DNA of 59,437 nucleotides, the filler included, from Globobulimina sp. (taxonomy: Eukaryota), in NCBI GenBank assembly GCA_003354225.1. It is 11 parts of 11 records of this genome, joined end to end, with 100 filler letters (N's around TTAATTAATTAA, not from the genome) between each part and the next. Parts side by side here need not be neighbours in the genome. Positions count along the whole stretch, not along the records: positions 32,519 to 37,826 come from PIVH01000635.1; positions 37,927 to 43,233 come from PIVH01000636.1; positions 43,334 to 48,636 come from PIVH01000637.1; positions 48,737 to 54,037 come from PIVH01000638.1; 7 more parts are not named here. The stretch is one strand, 5' to 3'. Positions 37,761-49,684 of this stretch are shown piece after piece; position 1 is the stretch's first letter; every line of letters begins with the position of its first letter. Both the position numbers and the translations under genes were made by a program. The notes under the pieces are model-generated. The model worked only from the letters and a program-made list of their open reading frames with translations. It searched no databases and was not told the origin of the DNA.

Positions 37761-37926
37761 TGCAGTCAGGTTTGAAAAGATCTGGTTATCAAACCTTTCA
37801 ATCTTCTCAAGCTTTTTATGATCTTANNNNNNNNNNNNNNNNNNNNNNNNNNNNNNNNNNNNNNNNNNNNTTAATTAATTAANNNNNNNNNNNNNNNNNN
37901 NNNNNNNNNNNNNNNNNNNNNNNNNN

Positions 37927-40065
37927 TCCTTGGAAGCCATCCACACTCGAAATATCTATACAATCCAAAATATTATTATGTTTGCCATATACTTGTGTCA
38001 ATTTATCACTTATTACCGAAACCTGAGCATTATAACCAGTAATAATCCCAATTGATTTCAATATATCGTCAGACTCTTCTTTAGCTTGATTTGCTTCGAT
38101 TATATTTCTTAATATTTTAACAATTATATTTGCTTCGCTTACATTGCGTACAGAAAGATCAGAATTCCGTTTCAATTCTTTGCCTTTCACATCAATAAAC
38201 ATCAAAGGCGAGTTATATTCGAAAAAGAAACTTGATTTCTTATGGTCCACCTCATCATATATTTTCTTGGCTGGCCATTGAAATCCAGGGATGTCAAATG
38301 CATCTAAATCCATTGCGGACTTTGCGTTTCTAATTTTATTCTCATAAACTACAGAATTTGGCCACTGTGCAATATGAGGATGCATTCTGTATTGGATTGA
38401 TAACAAATTGTTTGCAAATAGAGGAAAGTACGAGAGGTAGCTTGTTGCAGTGGATGCTTCAATTAATCTGTCAAATAGTGTTTTATCCAATCCTTTGTGC
38501 TTGGCTTCTTGTGATATGATAAAAGGTGGTAACTGTTTCTGATCACCAATCATCACTAACTTGCCATATCTAGAACAGCTATGAATCAACGGGATTAATA
38601 CAGCGGGCTCAATAGTTTGACTAGCTTCATCAACGATGATTAACGAAAACTGTAAAGTTTTTGCATTTATAAACACATCACTGCCACAACCAACACATGT
38701 CGCACAAACTACATCTGCTGAGGATAAGATATCTGTGCTCATCTCATTATATATTTTTTCTTTTCTTACCAACAACTCTTGCTTTTCTTTGGATAGTTTC
38801 TCTTTTTGATTTTTGTGTACTCTTCTTATTGCCGGAGTGGTTATGCTAATCTGTTTTGAACGTATATGTACGTTATTTAATTCATTATTTATCTCTGTCA
38901 GACGGCTTTCAATTTTATTTACCTCTTTCTTTCGCGGATGATTTTCAATGTGAGATGGCAAACACACAGACCTCACATCCGAATGCATTCGAACAGGCAA
39001 ACCAACGCGAACTATGTTCAGTTCTTTTTGTAATAATCCATGCAATATTTGATCCACCCCAGCGTTGGTAAATGCTGTTGCTAAAATAGGTTTGCGTACA
39101 AATAGGTTTTCCCGTTTTCTATGCGTTAATTTATGGTAATATTTCTCAGTCAGTTGCTGTATTTTAGCAACAATATGTATCAATTCAACGGCTGTTTTGG
39201 TTTTGCCAGTTCCCGGAGGGCCTTGAATTAACGTGATTGCATTTTGAAATGAAGCTTGAACTGCATTTAATTGGCTTTCATTCAATGATAGATCAGATTT
39301 ATCACATATTTGTTGGATTTCATTCTGTAATTCTTTGTATACGGTGGAATTTTTATCCCTTATTTCAGAGAACTGATTGTTTATATTGAACAGCAATTGT
39401 TCAGTTAAAAACGTTTGAAACCTTGAAAATTCAGGATTTTTCAGCTTAGGATTTGCAGTCTGTCCATGCCCATCGGATTTATCATTTTGATAATATTTTG
39501 GATTATGTTTTAATATTTCATTTGTATTAATCCTCAATAAGGCAGCCGAGTCATTGTAATTATGGCATATCATTTGCTGTAATAGTTTGGATCCATTATA
39601 AGACATATCATCATTGAAATTATCCAAAGCATATTGCATCCGATTAATTGTTTGTTCGTCGACACCAACATCTAATCTCCAAATACCGTTACTTATTTTG
39701 TTGGATTTGTCAATGCCTTGCAATTCATTTTGATGTAATACAATATCAATATATCTTTTGTTTCTTTCTAAGACCGAGCCTTTTAATATGATTTGATCTC
39801 TTGAGAGTATGATTTGATTTCCATCATTGAATTGGTGATTTATCGGGAAAATCTCATTATTATTAAATGATAATCGGGCAATTCTGTCTCCGTAAAATAT
39901 ACCTTTGATTTGTAATTTGATGTTCATGATACAATATCCGTGTCTTTGTAAATCTTTTGTTGCCATATTTTGCAACCGATTGTTAATTATATTTGTTTGC
40001 GCTGTATACTCACATTGAAGCAATTGTTTCCAACGTGAACAATATCTCGCAACTTGAATATTCAT
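37927..40065 (-). CDS. SF1 helicase of the UPF1/IGHMBP2/DNA2-NAM7 group, 3'-truncated
   Basis: LNESQ, IQGPPGTGKT, TNAGVD, VDEASQ, GDQKQLPP, QYRMHP, SVDGFQG. Start codon uncertain. Confidence 0.9.
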
Positions 40066-40637
40066 GCTGACATATACTGCGCTGTAACTCAACAAATTGT
40101 AGAAGCAGCATCTAGTAATGAATATCACTTGCACAGTTTTCCAAAACAGTTTTTAATTTTTCAACAGGAGACGTTTTTTTTTTATTCCAAAGCCAAAATT
40201 GTCACCTGATTTGGAGCCAAAATTGTTAAACGAAATTGAAACTATAATCAATTGTTCATTTTGTAGTACGCATGCGACAAACACACACAACGCAAACACT
40301 GAATATAACGCTGCCATGAATAATTCAGACCAAAGCAATCGTAATTCCTCAAACAATAATGCCGCAAACCATCGCACATTTTCTGCGTTTGATAAAGGCA
40401 GAAATAACTCCGACGATGACGAAAAGAAAACCAATAATCGCAAAGCAATCGAGGATGAGTTTGTCGATGAGAGCAAATGTGCGGACAAAAACATCAGAAT
40501 TTAACGGAATTTTATTTTTGACCAAACCAGTACAAATTCACTGTGATTTGATTACAGCTGTGTCAATTATGAATTATGATGGTATTTATAGGAACTCACC
40601 GATAATTTAACAGGTTTCAAATCCAATTCGAGCAAAC

Positions 40638-41684
40638 ATGTCCATTCCATCGTCAAAAGCACTAAAGACTGCGACACAACGTATCGCAATATTGAACAAA
40701 GTGAAAGTACCCCCAACCAACAAGAAACAATCAGACAAAGTCATAATCGACACAGAATTTGTTGAAAAACCGTGGAACAAAGAAAAATTGTTTACCAAAA
40801 TAGTGAGACCAACAAAGAAATCAAACGCAAAGGGAATGATTTTCTTTGTCCAAGGCTTTGGCACTCACTTGACCGAAGGGTATGGTAACCATAATATTGC
40901 CGTAACGTATGCTGAACAAGGATTCATTGTATTCATGTTTGATGCAAAAGGGCATGGCAGAAGTGATGGTTCGCATTTACAAATCACTGATTATGAAAGT
41001 GACTTGGTCAAAGATGCACAATTCATGGTCAATTATGCAAAAGACAAATACATCAAAAAGGATGAATTGTATTCTCAAACAATTGACAAGAATGGAAATT
41101 ATTTTGCAGTTGGACATTCGATGGGTGGTGCTGTCGTAGTATTGCTGGCATTGCAAGACTTAAAAGCTGAAAGTAGCGGTGAACAGGCCATGAATTTTAA
41201 AGGATTGGTACTGGCTGCACCTGCAATCGGAATTGCTCCAGAATTGATGCCACCAAAGTTGGTTGTATGGTTGGCGAGGAATGTGTTAGTAAAGATCTGT
41301 CCCAACGCAAGATTAATTCCAAGTAACTTTAGGCATAACTTGACAGACGATCAGGAGATCGAAGCATTACATGACATGGACCCGTTGAACCCGTTGAATG
41401 CATGTCCGCTCATCACAGGAGTAAATGTTTTAAGAATGAGTGAATTCATCGTTGCAAATGCACACAAATTGAAAACACCATTATTCATTGGCCATGGAGC
41501 CGATGACAGAGCGACTGACTGGTCAAGTTCAGAAGCATTTTTCAATCAATACAGTTGTAATGAAAATGATAAAGAATTGAAGATTTGTCCTGAAAGAGGG
41601 CATTTACTATTTCAAGAAGAAGAGAACATATTTAAAGATTCTGTGGAATGGATGGAAAGAAGAATGAATATGACATTCGCCTGA
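40638..41684 (+). CDS. Alpha/beta hydrolase (monoglyceride lipase / lysophospholipase-like)
   Basis: DAKGHGRSDG, GHSMGG, HGADD, GHLL catalytic motifs. Confidence 0.88.
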   Translation: MSIPSSKALKTATQRIAILNKVKVPPTNKKQSDKVIIDTEFVEKPWNKEKLFTKIVRPTKKSNAKGMIFFVQGFGTHLTEGYGNHNIAVTYAEQGFIVFMFDAKGHGRSDGSHLQITDYESDLVKDAQFMVNYAKDKYIKKDELYSQTIDKNGNYFAVGHSMGGAVVVLLALQDLKAESSGEQAMNFKGLVLAAPAIGIAPELMPPKLVVWLARNVLVKICPNARLIPSNFRHNLTDDQEIEALHDMDPLNPLNACPLITGVNVLRMSEFIVANAHKLKTPLFIGHGADDRATDWSSSEAFFNQYSCNENDKELKICPERGHLLFQEEENIFKDSVEWMERRMNMTFA

Positions 41685-42469
41685 CTGTTAATTATAGTTT
41701 TGACCGTGTTTACATTATAGTGTTTCTTTGTTTTATCTTGATGAACATGTGAGGATCTATCAAACAATACACGCATACAAATTGGTTATCCCATAAAATA
41801 TTATGATCAACAGAAAAAGTACACTCTTGAAACAATTCAACACCAAAAATGTTACAAATTAAATCCGGTCTAGCAACATCCGAATCAGAAACACATGAAA
41901 ACGTGTGCGATAATGTTTCTGATTCGGATTCTGTTATATATATATATATATACATATTATAAATTATTGTGTTACCATCAGCTTAAAAAAAGCTCTGTAT
42001 TTGTCCATATAAATTTGATCATACATAGGTATGATCATATATTATGTACGTATAAATGTGATCATACATATATGTATGATCACATGTACTTGAGGCACAT
42101 GAGCAAAAAAAAAAATAAAAAAAATACCTTGATCATAAAACAAATATATATTTAAAGGTTAATGATGGAGGGAATTTACGGGAGGTGTTGGTGAATATAT
42201 TAGCGATGGAGGCGGAGGACTTATTACAGAGTCGGATTCGCAGAGATTTCGCTGATGAGAAGGAAGAGGATGAATATAAGGAAGACGTTATCAAGGCATT
42301 AGAAAAGAAGTGAAGCCGGCAGAGATTAAGGATGCGACCAAATATATTCCGTGGGGGCATTAGAGAGCAATTACAATTACAACAGGAATGTGAGGCTTAT
42401 CGCCTCGATCGATATCCAGCAATTGGCGCGAATGAAGACGTAAATGATAATGGCGAGCGATGCCTATTT

Positions 42470-43233
42470 TATTTTGAAGATAAGACGGATATCAATAAGC
42501 AGTATAAAAAAGCAATTGAAACAATCAATCAAATAATCACGCTGCTTAATCGACCTTTAAAAAATCCGGTAATTGATTCTTCAAATAAGAGTCTTAAAAT
42601 AAGATCAAATCTTAAAAAGAATGATTTTAAGGATATCGTAAATAAAGCAAAAAAATATATACGGGCAGGGGAAATTATCCAGGTTGTCCTCTCACAGCGC
42701 TTTGAAACTGACTTAAATACAGATCCGTTTAAACTCTATCGATCTTTGCGAATGGTAAATCCGTCTCCTTACATGTACTACCTTAAGATGGATAAAGATA
42801 TTATTGTGGGATCTTCACCTGAGGTACTGGTCAGGCTTGAAAATGATGAGATATTCCTTCGTCCCATTGCCGGCACAAGACCAAGAGGTAAAAATGAAAA
42901 AGAAGATACTGCCCTGGAAAACAGCCTAAAAAAAGACCCTAAAGAGATTGCTGAACATATCATGCTTGTTGATCTCGGCAGAAATGATGTGGGTAGAGTA
43001 TCAAAAATGGGCCAAGTCAGAGTTGATGATTTCATGGTGATTGAAAGATACTCACATGTTATGCATCTGGTATCCAGTGTTTATGGAATTTTAAAAAAGG
43101 GCAAAAACGCATTTGATGTTTTAGCGGCATCTTTCCCTGCCGGCACTGTTTCCGGTGCACCCAAGATTCGCGCTATGGAGATTATCGATGAACTTGAGAA
43201 AAACAGAAGAGGGCCATATTCAGGATCGGTCGG
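42470..43233 (+). CDS. trpE: Bacterial-type anthranilate synthase component I, internal fragment at a probable chimeric contig end
   Basis: [68 protein letters not shown]; no introns; N-terminal domain absent. Confidence 0.85.
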
Positions 43234-43788
43234 NNNNNNNNNNNNNNNNNNNNNNNNNNNNNNNNNNNNNNNNNNNNTTAATTAATTAANNNNNNNNNNN
43301 NNNNNNNNNNNNNNNNNNNNNNNNNNNNNNNNNAAAAGAGTTATTCAGCAAATACACGAGATCGAGAATGAGTCATTTGAGTCATTATTAATGTATACGG
43401 AAAGTGCTGACAGCATGGAAAGTACTGGCAGCTATGAGGAAGTTCATCACTCCCGTCTTCTAAACAGTATTTAAATTAAATGGAATTGAGTTCCTTGATT
43501 GACTAATTTGACTTGAATAAGTTATAGAACTCTGAGTTACGCAAATGTACTGACACAAACAAGCACTCCTTGTCAATTTGTACATGCACACATACCAAAT
43601 CCTAATTGAATTATTTATTTTACACGACACGTGTTATTTTACTTTGGTACATGTTTATTTGTATAGATTGAAACAAGAGTACTGAGTGTATGCAAGATAT
43701 TATTTGTTGTATACATGAAGAAAACATCAACGGTCAGAAACATTTAATACGATCAAGATTGCATATACAATATACAAATTAAAGTGTG

Positions 43789-44545
43789 TCAACACGCACA
43801 GTTTGATTTTTGAGGTGCGTCCATATCCAATGGCTCATCTAACTGTACCTTTAATTCTGTTTACATAAAAAATTAAATTGTTAACGTTCAAAAAAAATGA
43901 TGGATTTACTGCCTTAACTTGGTTTTATGTTTGTTATTTCAGGCAATCGCTCTACAATGCGGCTGAATACCTCTTCCACGTTAAATCCTGTTTTTGCGCT
44001 AATTTCTATGGCATGATTGATTTTCAATTTTTCAGCTATTTCTTTAGTTTCTTTGAATGTTACTAATCTCTGTGAATGTAAATCCGCTTTATTCGCAATC
44101 AGAATGATTTGTATTTTAGATATAGCACAATATTCTGCCATTTTTTTATACCAAAATTCGATATTAATGAAAGATTGCTTGCAGGTTATGTCAAATACCA
44201 AGCACACACAGTGTGTATTTCTGATATAACTTGGTATCAAAGATCTAAATCTCTCTTGGCCGGCAGTGTCCCATATTTGCAGTTTGACTCTAGTTTCATT
44301 GGCTTTGCACGCAGTTTTCGTCAAAAAATCAACGCCTATTGTTGCCTGTTTATGTGTTGCGATATTTTGTTATTTGTTTTGGAGAAATGCTATGCTTTGT
44401 TATTTGTCTTAACGTCGTAGTTGTCGTTGAATTCTCCATTAACATATCGAGTGATAATTGAGGTTTTGCCCACAGCCTCGTCTCCAATAAACACTAATTT
44501 GTATTTTGATAGTGCAGTCATTCTGCCTTCCTTCGGTTTAGGCAT
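43789..44545 (-). CDS. Rab6-like small GTPase, 3 exons, C-terminal CAC prenylation motif
   Basis: KYKLVFIGDEAVGKTS, spliced YD|ATIGVDFL, WDTAGQERFRSLIPSYIR, NKADL, EISAK. Confidence 0.88.
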
Positions 44546-44844
44546 TGGTTTTCCGATAAAAGTTATGTTCAGATTCTAAGAATATCGATTATGAATCTAC
44601 AAAATGCTGCACAGTAATTATGAATGCGGATATCAGCCGCACACGTTTTTAAAGCACCTTGAAAATGTATAATTTTCTACAATTAAAAACCATTTGCAAC
44701 CATCTGAACGCTTGCGCGAAGGATGATAATTAAAGTTTTTCTTTAAGTGACTTTAATAAAAGAACCTAAACCAATCTTCATTTAAAAAAATATTCTCCAT
44801 TCTCTCCATCACTGCGTCACCTCACAAAGCAAAGCTAAAATACA

Positions 44845-45927
44845 ATGGATGCAGACATAAAAGCTCTAGAAAACGAAGCTGCAAAAATCAATCCACCACC
44901 ATATTCATCTCACGTATGTCCATTTATACCAAATCCACTCCTCGCTCCATACACCATACAACCAATACACATGCAGTTATACCCGGCACCAATCCCACAA
45001 CAACCACCAAACACAAACTACACCTCATCCCATGGGCCCTCTCGCCCTAAGCACCACCTACAATACCATCCATATGCAGTTCCCTCCAAACCGCATACAA
45101 ACACTCCCACCATCATCCACCACCAACAAATCGCTGCTCGTTCTGCCATCGCCCAAGCTCAAGTGCAAGCCGCTCGGTTGCAAGCTCACGCCGCGGCCAT
45201 CAACGCAGCGCGAACTCGCACCATTATGTCCGCTGCGGCACAGGCTCAGGCCGCGCGTGTCGCGGCCATGCAATCCAATAATTCCTTGAAGTCCGGGGTG
45301 ATAACCGCTGGCCCCAAAAGCAACAAAACTGAGCACGAAGCGAATGTATCGTCGGTAGGGCCGAGTTATACGAAAAACACTGTTGCCAATACGTACAAAT
45401 ATAATAAGCTGGGATACCATCATCGGAGTACAAACTACAAACGATATGATTATGAGTATGGCAAAAAGCATGCGAGCACCATACCAAATAGTTCACTGCG
45501 TAATCATTTGAACGATATGGAGATGAATAATGGCGGCAAAGCTGTGAAGAAACAAAAATTGAAAGCAACGCATCAATATCAGCTGCGGACGGCTGCCAAT
45601 GACAAATGGGTCGATCCCACAATGACCGATTGGCCGGAAAATGATTTTCGAATTTTTTGTGGAGATTTAGGCAACGAAGTAAGCGATGCTATGCTGACCA
45701 GCGCGTTCAGCAAATATCCGAGTTTTGCGAAAGCGAAAGTGATTCGGGATAAACGGACAGGGAAAAGCAAAGGGTACGGCTTTGTCAGTTTTCTAGAGCC
45801 ACATGATTTTAATCGCGCGTTTAAGGAAATGAATGGGAAATATGTGGGGAATCGACCGATTAAATTAAGGAGAAGTAAATGGAAGGAGAGGATGAAAAAA
45901 GTGAAAAACTTTAAAATCAGGGAGTGA
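44845..45927 (+). CDS. RBM42: RBM42-like RRM protein
   Basis: WVDPTMTDWPENDFRIFCGDLGNEV...KSKGYGFVSF...MNGKYVGNRPIKLRRSKW. Confidence 0.88.
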   Translation: MDADIKALENEAAKINPPPYSSHVCPFIPNPLLAPYTIQPIHMQLYPAPIPQQPPNTNYTSSHGPSRPKHHLQYHPYAVPSKPHTNTPTIIHHQQIAARSAIAQAQVQAARLQAHAAAINAARTRTIMSAAAQAQAARVAAMQSNNSLKSGVITAGPKSNKTEHEANVSSVGPSYTKNTVANTYKYNKLGYHHRSTNYKRYDYEYGKKHASTIPNSSLRNHLNDMEMNNGGKAVKKQKLKATHQYQLRTAANDKWVDPTMTDWPENDFRIFCGDLGNEVSDAMLTSAFSKYPSFAKAKVIRDKRTGKSKGYGFVSFLEPHDFNRAFKEMNGKYVGNRPIKLRRSKWKERMKKVKNFKIRE

Positions 45928-46056
45928 ATGTTTTTTATTTAATATTGCATGACTTTGTTGACTTTGTAATTCTGTGAAACGTTGCATTTTGAAACCCGAT
46001 ATTACTATTTTTCCATGATAATCTGCATAAGTTTTGCATGTTTATAGTAGTTTCAA

Positions 46057-47052
46057 ATGTCCTTCGAAAACTTTGTGCTAATTATGAGCTTGCTATCATT
46101 GTCTCGTCATTTAAATGCAAACGTTTTGCGTGACTTTTATAAATATGGTTATTGTGTGATTGATAATGCATTGCCTGATATAGTGGGCAATAACATTTTA
46201 TCCGAAATAAAGCCATTACATGAATTTGATATAATGTATGAATGTCATAGCCATATCCATATGAATGATAAAACTCATTTGATTTCAAAATCAAATGTAT
46301 GGGAATTAGAATTGCATTCTTATCCCGAATTGCAATCAATTTGTACAGATACTTGGAATATTTTAAATGATAAATCGCTGTGTAATGTTCTAACTGCACA
46401 TAGCAAAACAAACTATGAATACACGCATCAAACATTAAAAATGTTATACAGTTTGAACAACGGTTGTTTTCCAATTCATTTTGATTCCGATCCGACCATT
46501 GATTTACGGAGAATTACAGGTGTTTTATATTTAAATGAAGAGGATATAAATGGTGGGGAATTAAGAATATATCCTTTGTTAAGCAAACCTATTGATATCA
46601 TACCAAAATATAATCGATTGGTGCTATTCTCAGCGTGTTTTATGTTACATCGAACATTGCCGTCAATGCAACAAAGATATGCATTAAATTATTGGTTCCA
46701 CATTAAAGAATGTGTTGGGAAGAAAACTAATGTAAAAGATATGGATAAACTAAAAAAAGATGATCCTTTTCAATATGTGTTGCAGCCAAAATATTTGAAA
46801 TGTATTGCGAAATTGTTGTATAATGATGAATGGACGCAAAGTATCATGGATTCGCATAAAGGACATAAGGATATTGAATGGTTATTGGATACGCATAAAA
46901 ATGATGTTAAATTGTGTGATAATGTTCTGTCATCGTTGAAATTGAATGATGTTTATGTGAATTTGCAAGAAATTATAAATGATGAAAGTAATGAGGATTG
47001 CTATTTATCCAATGAATGTTGGCAAAATTGTGAGATTGATTGGATGTGCTAG
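46057..47052 (+). CDS. 2OG-Fe(II) oxygenase (prolyl-hydroxylase-like)
   Basis: HFD...YLN...GGELRI...NRLVLF...H...R. Confidence 0.85.
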   Translation: MSFENFVLIMSLLSLSRHLNANVLRDFYKYGYCVIDNALPDIVGNNILSEIKPLHEFDIMYECHSHIHMNDKTHLISKSNVWELELHSYPELQSICTDTWNILNDKSLCNVLTAHSKTNYEYTHQTLKMLYSLNNGCFPIHFDSDPTIDLRRITGVLYLNEEDINGGELRIYPLLSKPIDIIPKYNRLVLFSACFMLHRTLPSMQQRYALNYWFHIKECVGKKTNVKDMDKLKKDDPFQYVLQPKYLKCIAKLLYNDEWTQSIMDSHKGHKDIEWLLDTHKNDVKLCDNVLSSLKLNDVYVNLQEIINDESNEDCYLSNECWQNCEIDWMC

Positions 47053-47238
47053 TTTTTTAAAAAAAGTTTTTGTAAACGATGTACGTAAATATACGACCAT
47101 CAAATTGCATTCATTTTAATGACTGAGCTGCTTTCCATATTTTTTTGATGTTTGAAAAAAAATCTTTAAATTTTAAACATTTTGTTACGTTTTGTACACT
47201 ATAAAATATTATATAAACAAGATTTAAGTGAATTTAAT

Positions 47239-47949
47239 TTAATTATCATACAATGGAAATTTTGAGCTGATATCATCCTTTGTATATTGAGCAAGCCATC
47301 CATCCGCAATGCCAAAAAACCGAATAATTTGAAAATATGGACTTGGTCCCATATCAAACCAATGTTTTGTATTTGCAGGAACAATCAGCAAATGTCCTTT
47401 GCAACATTCAACACGAATTACTTCCTTCCTTTCAGCCAAATGAATATAAAAACAGCCTGAGCCGTCAATAAAATATCTAACTTCATCATCAAAATGAATA
47501 TGTTCATCCAAGAATTTTTGACGAAATGTCTCCTTTTTTGGATTCGACGGAGTTATGGAAATAATATCATTAGTCTGGAAATTAAATCGTTGCATAATTT
47601 CATCAATCTGTTTTTTATAATATTTGAAAATATCATCATGCGATATATTAATTTTACTCTCCAATGTTTCCCATTTTTCATATCCTAATCCACGCAATTT
47701 TAATTCACGTGATATTTCTCCAAATGTTGAATAGCGTGCTACGATTTTACTTGGATCTGATTGATTCCATACAATTGCTTCACCTGCGATGTTTTCAATA
47801 TAATTGGTTTTAATTATATAGGAGATTATTTACATTATTGTTAAAGTCAATGCAGACAAAAAAACACTTTGTACTCAACTGACAAACGACCTGGAATCAA
47901 TTTCTATGAAATCCAACGCCGCATCAATTGCTTTCACAGCTTCGGACAT
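47239..47949 (-). CDS. mtnD: Acireductone dioxygenase, bacterial MtnD type, with one predicted spliceosomal intron
   Basis: KFLDEHIHFDDEVRYF, VPANTKHWFDMG, GWLAQYT; short first exon from ATG 47949; CGCAG acceptor near 47785. Confidence 0.85.
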
Positions 47950-48289
47950 TCTCAGTTGTTTACACTCAACAATTAACAACAAAAAAGATTGTACAAGAGT
48001 CTCTAATTAGACTAGCTCTTAAAATGCAGGACAAACATTTAAAAGCTGGCCAAATTCACACACATCTATGACAATGCTTGGAAAGTGCTGATCAGCCTAG
48101 ATCTACCCCAAGCATGCAACCACACTCGAACAAAGTCGTCAGCATATTTGGTCTCACTGCAAACAGACCACCGGAGGGCGCTAGCTGTCAATGACATCCA
48201 CGGCAAACATCTAGTTGTGCATGGTGCTATATTTGACATGCTTCCACGGCAGCCTGCTAATGTCCTTCGTGTTACCTCCTCCTCTTGGC

Positions 48290-48636
48290 TACAATCTTCA
48301 AGAAGAGGTTCAACCTCTAATTTTCTGCTTGATTCAAGGTCAACTTGATCCCGAGAAATATCAGACAACTCCCAACCAGCGGTTTTGTCATACCTTGTTT
48401 TAAAGCCATTTTTTTCAAGTTCTGCTCTTAAATATGATTTATAAATTCGGTCAATTTTATGCTTACTATAATATAATTCTCTTAGATTTGTGCTGTAAGA
48501 TTTCGCTGGATCATCTAAATATCCGGAATTTGCAATACACACATGAGTATGCAATTGTGCATCTAAGTTTCGATTTATTGAATGATCAAAACCTATCGCA
48601 AGCATACCATTTGCTTTATATTTTTGTAATATTCCA
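48290..48636 (-). mobile_element. Fragment of a MOBF/TrwC-type conjugative relaxase
   Basis: FDHSINRNLDAQLHTHVCIAN three-His motif, Y...LRAEL...GF, WEL..I....SSR; truncated on both sides. Confidence 0.8.
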
Positions 48637-48736
48637 NNNNNNNNNNNNNNNNNNNNNNNNNNNNNNNNNNNNNNNNNNNNTTAATTAATTAANNNNNNNN
48701 NNNNNNNNNNNNNNNNNNNNNNNNNNNNNNNNNNNN

Positions 48737-48900
48737 GCTGCAGTTGGGTGGACTTTGGGAGCTGCAGTTGGGTGGACTTTGGGAGCTGCAGTTGGGTGGA
48801 CTTTGGGAGCTGCAGTTGGGTGGACTTTGGGAGCTGCAGTTGGGTGGACTCTGTTGGACGGCGCTCTGTTGGATGGTGCTCTGTTGGATAAACTGCTCTG
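48737..48900. repeat. About 4.7 x 24-bp tandem repeat (GCTGCAGTTGGGTGGACTTTGGGA) followed by 3 x ~15-bp CTCTGTTGGA repeats
   Basis: Read directly; the array runs off the contig start. Confidence 0.95.
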
Positions 48901-48972
48901 TAATTATGAGAGATTATGAGAGATTTTAATATTTTTGCCATAAATCCAAAATACATTTTCCCATACATAAAC

Positions 48973-49316
48973 TGCATGTAATTCATCAGCATCGATCATA
49001 GTGACAAAGCTTTTTTCATTTTCGGATTCAGCACCATTTTCCGGGTCTATACACATAAAAGTATGATTTTTTATCAATCATACATACCAAACGAATATTA
49101 TTAAAAATTCTATATTTTCAATAGTTATCAGTTATATCTATATGTACTTTCTATAATAATCTTATAATCAAAATACAGAAGTCTCAAATAATACTCGTTT
49201 CGCCGGTATGATTGATAAATAATGCCAGTTAAATGTATATAGATCTGAAAAATGGTGCTGAATCCGAAAATAAAAAAAGCTTTGTCATTATGATCGATGC
49301 TGATGAATTACATGCA
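48973..49316. repeat. Long imperfect inverted repeat (arms ~125 bp, spacer ~90 bp)
   Basis: TGCATGTAATTCATCAGCATCGATCATA..ACAAAGCTTTTTT..TTTCGGATTCAGCACCATTTT is mirrored by AAAATGGTGCTGAATCCGAAAA..AAAAGCTTTGTCA..TATGATCGATGCTGATGAATTACATGCA. Confidence 0.92.
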
Positions 49317-49684
49317 ATTTTCCGAAATAAATGTAGATTGTAGCTGACACATATTCATAATTTCATAAGTCGGTAATTTTATACTAAAAATACATTAATT
49401 AAATGTTTTTCTGCAATTAAATGTTTTTCTGCTTTGCACGTCGGATGTAACAGGTGATGTCCTGTCGCGCTGGAACCCTCTGGTCCTGTGAATCAATTTT
49501 GGTTCACTGGAGGTTCACTTTAGCAAAACAGTTTAATGTTTAATTGTTAGAATTCATTTTCTTGGGTTTGTTCTGTGTTTGTTATTACTTTTTCTTGGGT
49601 TTGCAAATCCAGAACAAAGTCAGAACAAATTTACAATTGAATTTATTTTGCAATAAATAAGTCATTTTAATCAATACATATTCT

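Noticed and set aside
40199-40504. Asn-rich 101-aa ORF between the helicase and the hydrolase
   Set aside because: Non-ATG start in the track and no recognisable domain.
48737-48850. 24-bp repeats as a CRISPR array
   Set aside because: Units are contiguous with no unique spacers and no cas genes.
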